Notes: a model not told the origin generated them from the sequence alone. Positions 20,708-30,802 are shown, counted from the stretch's first letter. The stretch: 63,659 nt of DNA from Alphaproteobacteria bacterium (GCA_030746635.1 JASLMH010000003.1:1-63659); one strand, 5' to 3'. Numbers and translations: made by a program.

Positions 20708-21415
20708 TCAGGTCGGCGCGGCGATGTATCGAAACCGACTTCGAGTGTTTCCCTGGCGACGGCAAAGGGCAAAACCGAGCAACGCGCAGGCCACGAGGGC
20801 CAGTGTCGACGGCTCGGGAACCCGGGTCGAGACGATCTGGATGGCGCTGAGGCCGCCATAGCCGCCGGTAGTGCTGGATTGCACCAGCAAGCCTCCGGCG
20901 CTGATCGCGACATCGGCGAGATGGACATAATTGGTGCCCTCGACCAGGGGACCGCTGAACGGATGTCCCGGCAGTTCGGCCACGGCGACGCCGTTGACCA
21001 GGAAATTCCGGCTGGTCACGTAGGTGTTGTCCGGGGCGTAAACGTAGATGTCGTAGAGGCCGTCGGTCAGGCCGGTGACCTCGAACGACCAATGCGTACC
21101 GGTGGCGGAATAGAAGTTGTCCTTGATCATCCGTTCGGTGTCGTTGGCCGGCACGCCGCCGCCCCAGCCGGTGATCGTATAGGCACTGAGGTTCAGTGTG
21201 GCGCCGGTCGCCGCTCCCGAGAGATCGAGCAGGCCGGTGTTCAGGCCCAGGCTGGCGATCTCGTTCCAGGCACCGGCCTGCCCCGAGGCGGCACCATAGC
21301 TGTCGGCCGGGATGCCGCCGTGATCGCCGAAATCGATGTTCAGCGGCAATGCGCTCGCCGCCAGGGTGGAGGACAGCAGGACGCCGACGGTGAGGAGGCT
21401 GATGCGCAACCACAT
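20708..21415 (-). CDS. PEP-CTERM sorting-domain protein
   Basis: Signal peptide; C-terminal VPEPSTLALVACALLGFALCRR; GGGAGG RBS. Confidence 0.88.
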   Translation of the reverse strand: MWLRISLLTVGVLLSSTLAASALPLNIDFGDHGGIPADSYGAASGQAGAWNEIASLGLNTGLLDLSGAATGATLNLSAYTITGWGGGVPANDTERMIKDNFYSATGTHWSFEVTGLTDGLYDIYVYAPDNTYVTSRNFLVNGVAVAELPGHPFSGPLVEGTNYVHLADVAISAGGLLVQSSTTGGYGGLSAIQIVSTRVPEPSTLALVACALLGFALCRRQGNTRSRFRYIAAPT

Positions 21416-21425
21416 GGCACCCTCC

Positions 21426-22202
21426 CTATATCACCGCCCGCGACCGTCGCCTGGCTGAACCCAGAACCACGAGACCCAGGCCGAACAAGGCCAAGCTCGC
21501 GGGCTCGGCGACGCTGAGGGCGGTGCCTTCGATATGCACCCGATCCACCGACTCGGTGCCGAAGGTGGACGGCTCCCAGTTGCGATGGCCGTCGAAGCGA
21601 TAGGAGGCGAACTCGATCTGGACGCCGACCAGTGGCGCGCCGTGGTTGCCGGACAGTTCGGGCACGCCGTCCCACAGGACATCGACGGCGGTGCCGGTGC
21701 GGCTGATGTCGATGGACAGACTGCCCGAATGGTTGAGGCCCGAGGTGCCGTAGTTGCCCTCGAAACTGCTGCCGGTACCGGCCAGCGAGGCGATGCGGCC
21801 GCCACTGTAGATCGACCAGGGATCATGGTAGCCGGCCATGGCGAAGCGGGCGCCGGCGTTGTCGACCAGATAGGCCTGCACGTACATCACGGCGCTGTCG
21901 TCGGCGGCCGAGGTCCAGGACATGTCGAACTCGGCCTGGAAATCGCCGAGGGCCGCGAAGCTCCGGCTCAGCCTGGTGATTGCCCAATCAAGATCGTCGC
22001 TGGCATCGCCGACGCCGGTGACGGTCAGGTTGCTGCCGGCCTCGGTCGAGGTCCAACCGGTGGCATTGATGAAACTGACCGACCAAGCCGGATCCAGCAC
22101 ACCGTCGTCGAAATGGTCGTCAACGGTCACGACAGCCGCCGCCGGCAGCGCGGTCGCCAAGCCAAGCAGGGCCACGAAAGCAGTAATGAATACGCGGATC
22201 AT
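21426..22202 (-). CDS. PEP-CTERM-like protein (VAEP variant)
   Basis: Signal peptide; low-complexity beta-rich body; VAEPASLALFGLGLVVLGSARRRS. Confidence 0.82.
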   Translation of the reverse strand: MIRVFITAFVALLGLATALPAAAVVTVDDHFDDGVLDPAWSVSFINATGWTSTEAGSNLTVTGVGDASDDLDWAITRLSRSFAALGDFQAEFDMSWTSAADDSAVMYVQAYLVDNAGARFAMAGYHDPWSIYSGGRIASLAGTGSSFEGNYGTSGLNHSGSLSIDISRTGTAVDVLWDGVPELSGNHGAPLVGVQIEFASYRFDGHRNWEPSTFGTESVDRVHIEGTALSVAEPASLALFGLGLVVLGSARRRSRAVI

Positions 22203-22449
22203 CGAATGAGACTCCTATCCCTCTGTCCAGCCGCAACCCCGCGACGGGCGGAGCTACCTCGCCGAATACGTCTGCCCTCAAATTTTCTTTGGCAGCGTCA
22301 GGGTGGAGTACTTCCCTCAATCCCCACGCGTTTGGTGCTTTCGGTTCGATGGCCCGCGACGTTTTGCCATTGGGGTTTCGCTGAATGCGAATCCGTCGTC
22401 CGAAGCAACCGTCGCTACTTTGCCAGGAGTCTTTTAGCCTGACAAACAG

Positions 22450-22464
22450 ATAATTTTGAACTAT
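22450..22464. promoter_or_regulatory. LysR-type T-N11-A box
   Basis: ATA-ATTTTGAAC-TAT in an AT-rich tract just upstream of the LysR gene. Confidence 0.45.
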
Positions 22465-22488
22465 TAATCGAAAAAATGGGATAAAAGA

Positions 22489-23385
22489 ATGCTGCCGATT
22501 TCGCTGAAGCAACTGGAAACCTTCGTCGCCGTGGCCGAGGCGCGCAGCTTCCGCCGCGCCGCGGAACGGCTGCTGCGGTCGCAATCGGCGATCTCGGCCC
22601 ATATCCAGAACCTGGAGGAGGAATTGGGCGTGGCCCTGCTGCACCGGACCACGCGTTCGGTGCGGTTGACCGAGGCCGGCGCCCGGCTGCTGGTGCAGGC
22701 ACGGGAGGTGGTGGCCCGGCTGGACGCGGTGGTGGTCGGCCTGCGCGAGGAGGAGGCGATGCAGCGGGGCCGGTTCGTGATCGCCTGCACGCCGAGCTGC
22801 GCCGCGAACCTGCTGCCCGACATCCTGCGCGACTACCACGCCCGTTTTCCGAAGATCACCATCGAGGTGATCGAGACCTATGCCTACGGCGTGCAGGATG
22901 CATTGCGGCGGGAAGAGGCCGAGCTGGGCTTCGGGCCGTTCGATCGAACCGGCGGCGAATTCGAGTTCCGGCAATTGCTGGACGACCCCTACGCCGTGAT
23001 CATGTCGCGGGACTACCGTCTGGCCAGCCGCAAGCGTCTGGTCGTCGCCGACATCGTCGATGAACCGATCCTGATGATGCCGAAGGAATCGGCGGTCTAT
23101 CGGATGTTGGAAAATCTGTTCGCCGCCGAGGGGCGGACCATGCGGCCGCGCTATGAACTGGTCCATCATCAGACCCTGTTCGCGCTGGTCGCCGTCGGCC
23201 TTGGCGTCACCGTGATGCCGGCGATGGCGCTGCCGGCCGATAGTGCCGAACGGCTGCATGCGGTCGACCTGATCCGGCCACGGATTTCGCGCAAGCTTGG
23301 CTTGATCACCTTGCGGGGACAGGCCCTGTCGCCGCCCGCCCGGGCCTTCGCCGAGCTGACCGCTGATCGACTGCGCGCCGCCTAG
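22489..23385 (+). CDS. LysR-family transcriptional regulator
   Basis: SLKQLETFVAVAEARSFRRAAE...SQSAISAHIQNLEEELG...RTTRSVRLTEAG. Confidence 0.95.
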   Translation: MLPISLKQLETFVAVAEARSFRRAAERLLRSQSAISAHIQNLEEELGVALLHRTTRSVRLTEAGARLLVQAREVVARLDAVVVGLREEEAMQRGRFVIACTPSCAANLLPDILRDYHARFPKITIEVIETYAYGVQDALRREEAELGFGPFDRTGGEFEFRQLLDDPYAVIMSRDYRLASRKRLVVADIVDEPILMMPKESAVYRMLENLFAAEGRTMRPRYELVHHQTLFALVAVGLGVTVMPAMALPADSAERLHAVDLIRPRISRKLGLITLRGQALSPPARAFAELTADRLRAA

Positions 23386-23560
23386 GGCACATTCCGACCC
23401 CGGTGGGCGGGACCAAGCACCGAATGCCGGCTTCGGTGTATCGCCGGCGGGCTGGTTCCCGACCGGTTTTCAGCCTATCACATGGCCATGGATATTCAGC
23501 ACCGTCGGCAAGACGCCCTGCCTGCGACCGAAGTCGCGTCGGGCTCGGGGGAATAACGGT

Positions 23561-24475
23561 TTGGCGCCCCTACCGGACTTGGACGGGGTGCCGCGGGGCC
23601 ATCCGGAGTCCACCGGCGCGCCCTTGCCGGTTCTGGTATTGCTGCGTCGCAGCCTGGGGCTGTTGGTTTCGCGCAACAGCGATCTGCATACCCTGGCCTT
23701 TTGGCCCTTGCTGTCGTGCTACCTGCTGCTGGTCGTCGGCTTCCTGTTTCGCGGCGGCCTGGTCGCTGCCCATCTGCCAATGCCGGCCTGGCTTGGCGAC
23801 GGACCGGTCGGCGCGATCTTCGCCATGCTGATCCTGATTCCTGGTCTGGCTACCTACGCCGCCGCCTGCCGGCTTGGCGCCGGCGCCGCCGATTCCGCGG
23901 CGGTCGGCGCGGGTCTGCAACTCGATCGCCTGTTTCTGTCGGCCTTGCCGCCGACGGCGATCATGGCGGGCCTGACCCTTGGTGCCATCTGGGGGGCCGA
24001 ACGGATGGGCGGCTACCTGGTCGATCTGCTGGTCGAGGTGACCCCGCCCTATGCCCCACCGCGACCCTTATGGTTCGATGCTGCCCTGGCGCTGGCCGCC
24101 TATCTGCCGGCGCTGCTGGCCATCGTCCTGATCGTCGCCCTGCTGCCGCGCTTGTGGCTGGTGATCGCGGCGATGGCGAACGGGCGGCCCGACCCGTTGG
24201 AGCGGACCGGGGCCTTGGCGCGGGGGCAAACCCTGCGGTTGCTGTTTCTGTTTCTGCCGCCGGGCGGTTTCCTGGCGGTCCTTACCCTGACCATCGCCGA
24301 CGCGGTTTTCCTGGTCGATGGCAAGCCGATCCTGGTGATCGCCGGCCTGTTGCCGCTGGCCTATTTGGCGTTGGCGAGCATCTGCTGGCTGGCCATGACG
24401 GCGGCGCTGGTCTGGCGCTGGATTTTCGAGGGCGATCTGGTGCTGCTCAGCGACAGCGACCGTCGCGGCTATTGA
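23561..24475 (+). CDS. Hypothetical multi-pass membrane protein
   Basis: About six hydrophobic segments; start uncertain (TTG). Confidence 0.6.
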   Translation: MAPLPDLDGVPRGHPESTGAPLPVLVLLRRSLGLLVSRNSDLHTLAFWPLLSCYLLLVVGFLFRGGLVAAHLPMPAWLGDGPVGAIFAMLILIPGLATYAAACRLGAGAADSAAVGAGLQLDRLFLSALPPTAIMAGLTLGAIWGAERMGGYLVDLLVEVTPPYAPPRPLWFDAALALAAYLPALLAIVLIVALLPRLWLVIAAMANGRPDPLERTGALARGQTLRLLFLFLPPGGFLAVLTLTIADAVFLVDGKPILVIAGLLPLAYLALASICWLAMTAALVWRWIFEGDLVLLSDSDRRGY

Positions 24476-24491
24476 ACCGGCCGACGAATTT

Positions 24492-24662
24492 TCAGTTTCG
24501 GTGCAACAAAAGCCACATGTACCTGGCGCCCAGGACGGCGACGGCGGCACCGACGATCAAGGTCATGGCGGCGCCGTGGGGGCTCCAGAACGGCAGATGC
24601 GGGAACAGGCCGGCCCAGGCCAGCCAATGGCTTTCCAATTGGAAGGCAATGCTGTTCAGCAT
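24492..24662 (-). CDS. Small membrane protein (56 aa)
   Basis: MLNSIAFQLESHWLAWAGLFPHLPFWSPHGAAMTLIVGAAVAVLGARYMWLLLHRN; AAGGAG RBS. Confidence 0.55.
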   Translation of the reverse strand: MLNSIAFQLESHWLAWAGLFPHLPFWSPHGAAMTLIVGAAVAVLGARYMWLLLHRN

Positions 24663-24910
24663 GGTATCGCTCCTTCGGTAGCCCAGCCGCCAATCCACTA
24701 GGGGATAAGGCCGATGGCTTTGCGCCGCGCCGTTTCCGGCGTTTTGCCCTTGTCGGGGCGTCAACCGAATGACGCACCGATACGCCTGTATTGTGGCTCG
24801 TCACCGGTAAGCAAGATGTTAACGGCGGTGCGTCCGGTCCCCCTTTTTCGCCGGCCGGCGGGGATTGGTATATGCTTTTCGCTCCGTCGCTCCGGGATGG
24901 GGACAAGCCA

Positions 24911-25381
24911 ATGACAGACCTGCCGATCATTCATCTGCGCCGTATCGAGGCCAACATCATCAAGCCGATCTACGAGGCAATGGTCGCTGCCCTGGGCGAG
25001 GAAAAGGCCCGCAAGATCTTGCAGGACGCCATCGTCAAGAACGCCGTCGAACAGGGCCGCGGCCTGGCGGCGCAGCTCGACCGGCCGAACGACCTGGCCG
25101 GCTTCGCCTCGCTGCTGCCCAATTGGTCGAAGGAGGACGCGCTGCGGATCGAGGTGCTGGAGCAAAGCGACGAAAGCTTCGATTTCAACGTCACCCGCTG
25201 CCGCTATGCCGAGATGTATCGCGAGATGGGGCTGGCCGAGATCGGCCACATCCTGTCCTGTGGCCGGGACGGGGCGATGTGCCAGGGCTTCAATCCCGAT
25301 ATCGATTTCCAGCGCAGCCAGACCATCATGCAGGGCGCCCCGCATTGCGACTTCCGCCACCGCTTGAACAAGGCCGACTAG
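24911..25381 (+). CDS. L-2-amino-thiazoline-4-carboxylic acid hydrolase-like protein
   Basis: RRIEANIIKP, FNVTRCRYAEMY, LSCGRD, RSQTIMQGAPHCDF. Confidence 0.8.
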   Translation: MTDLPIIHLRRIEANIIKPIYEAMVAALGEEKARKILQDAIVKNAVEQGRGLAAQLDRPNDLAGFASLLPNWSKEDALRIEVLEQSDESFDFNVTRCRYAEMYREMGLAEIGHILSCGRDGAMCQGFNPDIDFQRSQTIMQGAPHCDFRHRLNKAD

Positions 25382-25434
25382 ACGTTGCAGTGGATCGCCA
25401 GCAGACGCCGCTGGCCTGATTGGAGATTGCCCGG

Positions 25435-25992
25435 ATGAGAGTGGAACCGCTGACCGTGCCGAGCTGCCCCTGGTACCTGAAGCCGTTCTTCTGGAACCAG
25501 CGCCGCAAATACGGCGAGGATCTGCAGGCCGCCCTGATCTGGGCCCGGATACCCAGGGTGTTTCTCGGCGTGGCGACGCTGTACGGCCAGATCGACCGCG
25601 GCACCTCGCCGATCCCGCCGACCCTGCGCTCGCTTATCACCGTACGGGTTTCGCAGCTCAATGGCTGCCATTTCTGCGTCGATCTGAATTCCGCCACCCT
25701 GCTCAAGCGCGGCGTCGGCATGGACAAGGTGATGGCGTTGGCCGACTGGCGGGACAGCGAGATGTTCGACGACCGCGAACGGGCCACCCTGGACTATGCC
25801 GAGGCGATGACCCAAGGCGCCGGCGAGATACCCGATTCCCTGGTCGATAGGGTGAAGCGCCATTTCGACGGCGATGCCCTGGTCGATCTGACGGCGTTGA
25901 TCGCCTTTCAGAACATGTCCAGCAAGTTCAACAGCGCCCTGGCGGTGCCGCCGCAGGGGTTCTGTCCGTTGCCCGGGCAGGTGGCGTCATGA
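25435..25992 (+). CDS. Carboxymuconolactone decarboxylase / AhpD-like protein
   Basis: VRVSQLNGCHFCVD (CxxC), ERATLDYAEAMT, FQNMSSKFN. Confidence 0.82.
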   Translation: MRVEPLTVPSCPWYLKPFFWNQRRKYGEDLQAALIWARIPRVFLGVATLYGQIDRGTSPIPPTLRSLITVRVSQLNGCHFCVDLNSATLLKRGVGMDKVMALADWRDSEMFDDRERATLDYAEAMTQGAGEIPDSLVDRVKRHFDGDALVDLTALIAFQNMSSKFNSALAVPPQGFCPLPGQVAS

Positions 25993-26753
25993 GCGAAGCT
26001 TCGTCGTTGCACGGGGCGGTGGCGGTGGTCACCGGCGCGGCCCATGGCATCGGCCGAGCCACCGCCCTGCGGCTGGCGGCGGTCGGCGCCCGACTGGTGG
26101 CGATCGACCGGGACGAGGAACAGCTCGCGGACACGGCCGGGGCGATCGTTACCGGCGGCGGCGAATGCCACCCCTGGGCCGTCGACTGCACCGATCGTGC
26201 CGCCGTGGAAGCCGCCTTCAATGGCATCGAGGCCGCCCTGGGGCCGGTCGATATCCTGGTCAACAATGTCGGGCAGAGCGCCCGCGAGGCGGCCAGCGAA
26301 TTCTGGTGCTCGACACCCGAGACCTGGGATTTCGTCCTGGATGTATCGCTGAAATCGGCCATGTTGTGCGCCCGCCAAGTGGTGCCCGGCATGCGCCGGC
26401 GGCGGGCCGGTGCCATCGTCAACATGTCCTCGGACGTGGCCTTGATCGGCGATACCGGCATCGTCGACTATGTTGCCGCCAAGGCCGGCGTCATCGGATT
26501 CACTCGTGGCCTGGCGCGGGAATTGGCGCCGTTCCAGGTACGGGTCAACGCGGTCGCCCCCGGCGCCATCCGCACCCGGGCCCATGACAGCCTGCCCGGG
26601 GAGGTGATCGATCGGGTACGCGACAACGTGCCCATGGGCTGGGTCGCCGAGCCCGAGGAGGTGGCCAAGGCGATCCTGTTCCTGGCCAGCGACCAGGCCG
26701 CCTATATCACCGGCCATACCCTGGTCATCGACGGCGGCCGGCACATGCTGTAG
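25989..26753 (+). CDS. Short-chain dehydrogenase/reductase
   Basis: TGAAHGIG, NNVG, YVAAK, VNAVAPG. Confidence 0.92.
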   Translation: MSEASSLHGAVAVVTGAAHGIGRATALRLAAVGARLVAIDRDEEQLADTAGAIVTGGGECHPWAVDCTDRAAVEAAFNGIEAALGPVDILVNNVGQSAREAASEFWCSTPETWDFVLDVSLKSAMLCARQVVPGMRRRRAGAIVNMSSDVALIGDTGIVDYVAAKAGVIGFTRGLARELAPFQVRVNAVAPGAIRTRAHDSLPGEVIDRVRDNVPMGWVAEPEEVAKAILFLASDQAAYITGHTLVIDGGRHML

Positions 26754-26772
26754 CGCCGCCCGGGGGCCGCTG

Positions 26773-28206
26773 TCAGAGGGGCAGATCCGGACGCCGCTGG
26801 GCCCAGGGCCGGGCCGCCTCGAACAGGGCGGCGGCCCGCAGCAGGCGGGCTTCGCCATGCCACGGCGCGACCAGTTGCAGGCCCACCGGCAGGCCGTTGG
26901 CGGCGAAGCCGCAGGGCAGGGTCATGGCCGGGTGGCCGGTCAGGTTGAAGGGATGGGTATAGGGATACCAGGCGGCGCGCAGGGAGCCGGCCGCCTGGCC
27001 GGCGATCTCCACCTGACCCAGCGGGTCACTGTCGATCGGTACGGCGGTGCGGGTCAGGGTCGGCATGACGATCAGGTCATGGTCCTCGAACCAACCCTGG
27101 ACCTGGCGGAACAGCTCGGACCGCAGCCGCGCCGCGTCCTGCAGCTCGACGGCGGAATAGGCGTTGCCCTTGCCGACCTGGGCCAGCAGGGATGGGTCCA
27201 TGCGGTTCGCCGACTGGGCCACCAGGTGTTGGAAGCGGCTGGCCCAGACCGAATGGGTGATGACCAGCCAGGTCGGTTCGGTATTGGTGAAATCGTCCGC
27301 CTGGGCCTCGACCCGCGCGCCCAAGTCCTCGAACACCGGCAGACAGGCCTCGGTCATGGCCAGAATTTCCGGCTCGATGGCGGTGTTGCCCAGGTAGGGC
27401 CGCCAGGCCAAGCGCAGGCCGGTCAGATCGCCGGAGCCGTCCGCCGCCGCCTGGAAATCGGGCTCCTCGAGGCCGAGCGAAAAGGGATCGCAGGGGTCCG
27501 GGCCGGCCATGATCTGCAGCATCAGGGCGCTGTCGGCAACGGTCCGGGTTATCGGCCCCATGTATGTCAGGTTGCCGAAGATGTCGGCCGCCTGATCATG
27601 GGGAATGCGGCCCAGGCTCGCCTTCAGGCCAACCACGCCGCAGCAGGCGGCCGGGATGCGGATGGAACCGCCGCCGTCGGTGCCCAGGGCCAGCGGCGCC
27701 AGGCCGGCCGCCGCCGCCGCCGCCGCGCCGCCGCTGGAGCCGCCGGCGGTATGGCCGGCCGACCAGGGATTGGCGGTGCGGCCGAACAGCGGCCCCTCGG
27801 TCAGCGGCTTGTGGCCGAATTCCGGTGTCGTCGTCTTGCCGATCAGGATGGCGCCCGCCGCCTTCAGCCGCGCCACCGTCAGGGAATCGCCGGTGGGGAC
27901 GTTGTCGGCCATGGTCAGGGATCCGAACGTGGTCCGCACGCCGGCGGTGTTGACCAGATCCTTGACCGAGAACGGCACCCCGTGCAGTGGACCCGGTGGG
28001 TCGCCACGGGCCAGCGCGGCCTCGGCCTCGCGCGCCGCCGCCAGGGCCCCATCGTGGCAGACGGTGATGAAGGCGTTCAGGCCGGGCTGGCTGGCGTCGA
28101 TACGTGACAGTACCGCCTCGACGACCTCCACCGGCGAGGTCTCGCCGGCGGCGATCAGGGTGGCCAGTTCGATCGCCGGCAGCCAGCAAGGCTCGTCCGC
28201 CGCCAA
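26773..28206 (-). CDS. Amidase-signature family amidase
   Basis: GVPFSVKD, GGSSGG, GTDGGGSIRIPA; TTG start. Confidence 0.92.
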   Translation of the reverse strand: MAADEPCWLPAIELATLIAAGETSPVEVVEAVLSRIDASQPGLNAFITVCHDGALAAAREAEAALARGDPPGPLHGVPFSVKDLVNTAGVRTTFGSLTMADNVPTGDSLTVARLKAAGAILIGKTTTPEFGHKPLTEGPLFGRTANPWSAGHTAGGSSGGAAAAAAAGLAPLALGTDGGGSIRIPAACCGVVGLKASLGRIPHDQAADIFGNLTYMGPITRTVADSALMLQIMAGPDPCDPFSLGLEEPDFQAAADGSGDLTGLRLAWRPYLGNTAIEPEILAMTEACLPVFEDLGARVEAQADDFTNTEPTWLVITHSVWASRFQHLVAQSANRMDPSLLAQVGKGNAYSAVELQDAARLRSELFRQVQGWFEDHDLIVMPTLTRTAVPIDSDPLGQVEIAGQAAGSLRAAWYPYTHPFNLTGHPAMTLPCGFAANGLPVGLQLVAPWHGEARLLRAAALFEAARPWAQRRPDLPL

Positions 28207-28208
28207 GG

Positions 28209-29327
28209 TCAGGGACCCTCGATGGCGCCGATTGTGCGCTCGATCAACTCGTTCATGTGCTCGTCGGCCAGCCAGCGCGAGACCAGGACCAGGTCATGGG
28301 CCGGCTCGACGAGGATGGTGTTGCCGCCGGCCCCCACCGCCGCCACGGCCTCCGCCGAAGCGGCCGGATAGCGCTCCCGGTCGGTATTCAGCCACCACAG
28401 ATAGCCGTAGTCGGGCTTGATCTCGCAGGGCCTCAGCATCCGCTCGAGCCAATCCTCCGGCAGGATCCGCTTGTCGGCCCAACGACCGCGGTTCAGCACC
28501 AGTTGACCGAGCCGGGCCTGGTCCTCGGCGCCGATCCACAGGCCGCCGCCCCAGTGCGAGCCGCCCGGCACCGACGGCATGGCGATGCCGTCGATAGTGA
28601 CGCTGGCATTGCGATAGGCATTCCAGGACCAGTCGTCCGAGGCGCCGATCGGCCGCATGACCCGCTCCCGCAGCACCTCCGCCAGCGGCCGGCGAAAGAC
28701 CTGCAACAGCGACAGGCTCAACCGGTTGACCCGGACGTCGTTGTATTCCCAATGGCTGCCGGGCGTTCGCAGGTCCCGGTGCTGGCCCTTGCGGGAATTG
28801 TCCGCGCCGGCCCCGACCTGGCGGTTGCGATCGATCAGGTCGGGCTTGTCCCATAGGGTGCCTTCCCATTCGCTGGTCTGCTGCAACAGGTGATGCCAGG
28901 TGATGGCGCGGTTCTGCGGCGTGTCGAAAGCGTCGTCCAGCGCCGCCTCGGCCAGGCAGTCGTGGACATCGCCGATCAGGCCATCGGCGACGGCGATGCC
29001 GGCCAGGACTGCCAGGTAGCTCTTGGCCACTGAAAAGGTCATGTCGGCGCGCCCAGGATCGCCCCAGGTGGCGGCGATGCGCCCGTGCCGGGCGATCACG
29101 CCGGCCGGACCGCCGCGCGGCCTGGTCGGCCCCAGCACCTCGTTCCAGGGCGGTGGCTCGAACTCGCCCTTGCCCAGCACGTCGTCGACATTGCGCGACC
29201 AGGCCACTTCGTGATTCTCGGCAAAGGCCACGGCGTCGGCCAGGCCGTCGGTCCGGAAGCCCAGCTCATCGGGCGCGCCGGTATCCCAGGCAGCGGCGTT
29301 CCGGGGAAGGTCATCTTGCTTCAACAT
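28209..29327 (-). CDS. Serine hydrolase, beta-lactamase/NylB-like family
   Basis: FSVAKSY (SxxK), WEYNDV, YGYLWW. Confidence 0.85.
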   Translation of the reverse strand: MLKQDDLPRNAAAWDTGAPDELGFRTDGLADAVAFAENHEVAWSRNVDDVLGKGEFEPPPWNEVLGPTRPRGGPAGVIARHGRIAATWGDPGRADMTFSVAKSYLAVLAGIAVADGLIGDVHDCLAEAALDDAFDTPQNRAITWHHLLQQTSEWEGTLWDKPDLIDRNRQVGAGADNSRKGQHRDLRTPGSHWEYNDVRVNRLSLSLLQVFRRPLAEVLRERVMRPIGASDDWSWNAYRNASVTIDGIAMPSVPGGSHWGGGLWIGAEDQARLGQLVLNRGRWADKRILPEDWLERMLRPCEIKPDYGYLWWLNTDRERYPAASAEAVAAVGAGGNTILVEPAHDLVLVSRWLADEHMNELIERTIGAIEGP

Positions 29328-29425
29328 GCCTCGATATTAGCACGGCGTTGCCGGGGTGTTAGGATCGGCGCCATGCCGCCCAATGTCGACAATATCCGCC
29401 GGGCCGCCGGCCCGCTCGCGCACCC

Positions 29426-30802
29426 GTGGTGAAGCCATCGCATCTGGTGGCCGGCGCCGGTTTGCTGGCGGCCGGCGCCCTGGCCCTGTGGCCGCCGCCG
29501 GGACTGCCCGTGGAAGGGGCCCGGGCCGGCGCCCTGGTCGTCGCTACGGTGGTGCTGCTGGCCACCGGCGCGTTGCCGGAATTCGTCACCGCGATCCTGT
29601 TCTTCGTGGTGGCGATGCTGTTTGCCGTGGCGCCGGCGGAGGTGGTGTTCTCCGGCTTCCATTCGGCCGGGTTCTGGATCGTCTTCGGCGGTCTGGTGAT
29701 CGGCGTCGGGGTGCGCGGCACCGGTTTGGCCGGCCGTTTGGCGCATGCGATCACCGGCCGATTCGGCCGTCGCTACGCCGCCATCATCACCGGCATGGTG
29801 GTGGTCGGCGTCGCCCTGTCGTTCCTGATGCCATCGACCATGGGCCGGATCCTGATCCTGATGCCCATCGTCCTGGCGATGGCGGACGGCTTCGGCTACG
29901 GCCCGGGCAGCAACGGCCGGGCCGGGCTGGTGCTGGCCTCGTCGTTCGGCACCATGATCCCGGGCTTCGCGATCCTGCCGGCGACCCTGCCGGCCGTGGT
30001 GCTGATCGGCGCCAGCCAGACCCAGTTCGGCATCGCGCCGGTCTACGGCACCTGGCTGCTGCTGCATTTCCCCGTCCTCGGCATATTGAAGGCGGTGGCC
30101 ATCATCGTCCTGACCATTTGGCTGTTCCCCGAACAGGACGCCAAGGCCACGCCGGCGGTCGAGGCGCCGGGCGCCATGGCGGGGAGGGAGCGGCTGATGG
30201 TGCTGCTGTTGAGCCTGGCGCTGGTGTTGTGGATGACTGATTTCCTGCACCACATCTCGCCGGCCTGGGTGGCCATGGGCGTGGCCGCCGTGATCGTCTT
30301 GCCGTTTGTCGGCATCGTCTCGCCGCAGGACTTCGACAGCAAGCTGAACTTCGCCTCGCTGTTCTATGTCGGCGGCGTGCTTGGCCTGGGCGGCGTGATG
30401 GCGCATGGCGGGCTGGGCGATTGGCTGGCCCAGAACGCCTTGGAACTGCTGGATCTGCGGCCCGGCCGGGATGGTTGGAATTTCGCCGCCGTCAGCACCC
30501 TATCCAGCCTGCTGGCCATGCTGGCGACCCAGCCCAGCGCGCCGGCCATCCTGACCCCGCTGGCGCCCCACATCGCCGAGGCGACCGCACTGCCCATCGA
30601 AACCGTGCTGATGATGATCGTGGTCGGCTTCTCCGCCCTGGTGCTGCCCTATCAGACGCCGCCATTGGTGGTGGCCATGCAGTTGGGCAGCGTTCCGATG
30701 CGCCAGGGCAACAAATTGTGTTTGGCCCTGCTGGCGGTAACGGTCGTCTTGTTGCTGCCGTTGGATTATCTTTGGTGGCGGGCGCTGGGTTGGTTCGGCT
30801 GA
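29426..30802 (+). CDS. SLC13/DASS family anion transporter
   Basis: Many TM segments; LSFLMPSTMGR and LPYQTPP motifs. Confidence 0.85.
   Translation: MVKPSHLVAGAGLLAAGALALWPPPGLPVEGARAGALVVATVVLLATGALPEFVTAILFFVVAMLFAVAPAEVVFSGFHSAGFWIVFGGLVIGVGVRGTGLAGRLAHAITGRFGRRYAAIITGMVVVGVALSFLMPSTMGRILILMPIVLAMADGFGYGPGSNGRAGLVLASSFGTMIPGFAILPATLPAVVLIGASQTQFGIAPVYGTWLLLHFPVLGILKAVAIIVLTIWLFPEQDAKATPAVEAPGAMAGRERLMVLLLSLALVLWMTDFLHHISPAWVAMGVAAVIVLPFVGIVSPQDFDSKLNFASLFYVGGVLGLGGVMAHGGLGDWLAQNALELLDLRPGRDGWNFAAVSTLSSLLAMLATQPSAPAILTPLAPHIAEATALPIETVLMMIVVGFSALVLPYQTPPLVVAMQLGSVPMRQGNKLCLALLAVTVVLLLPLDYLWWRALGWFG

Noticed and set aside
22288-22372. Possible c-di-GMP-I riboswitch upstream of the PEP-CTERM genes (GGCAAA...GAAA...GCTGCC on the minus strand)
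   Set aside because: No stem encloses the GAAA and the GACGCAAAGC core is missing; an Rfam scan would settle it.
22350-22426. Sigma54 promoter for the PEP-CTERM genes
   Set aside because: Both TGGCA candidates fail the strict GG-N10-GC spacing.
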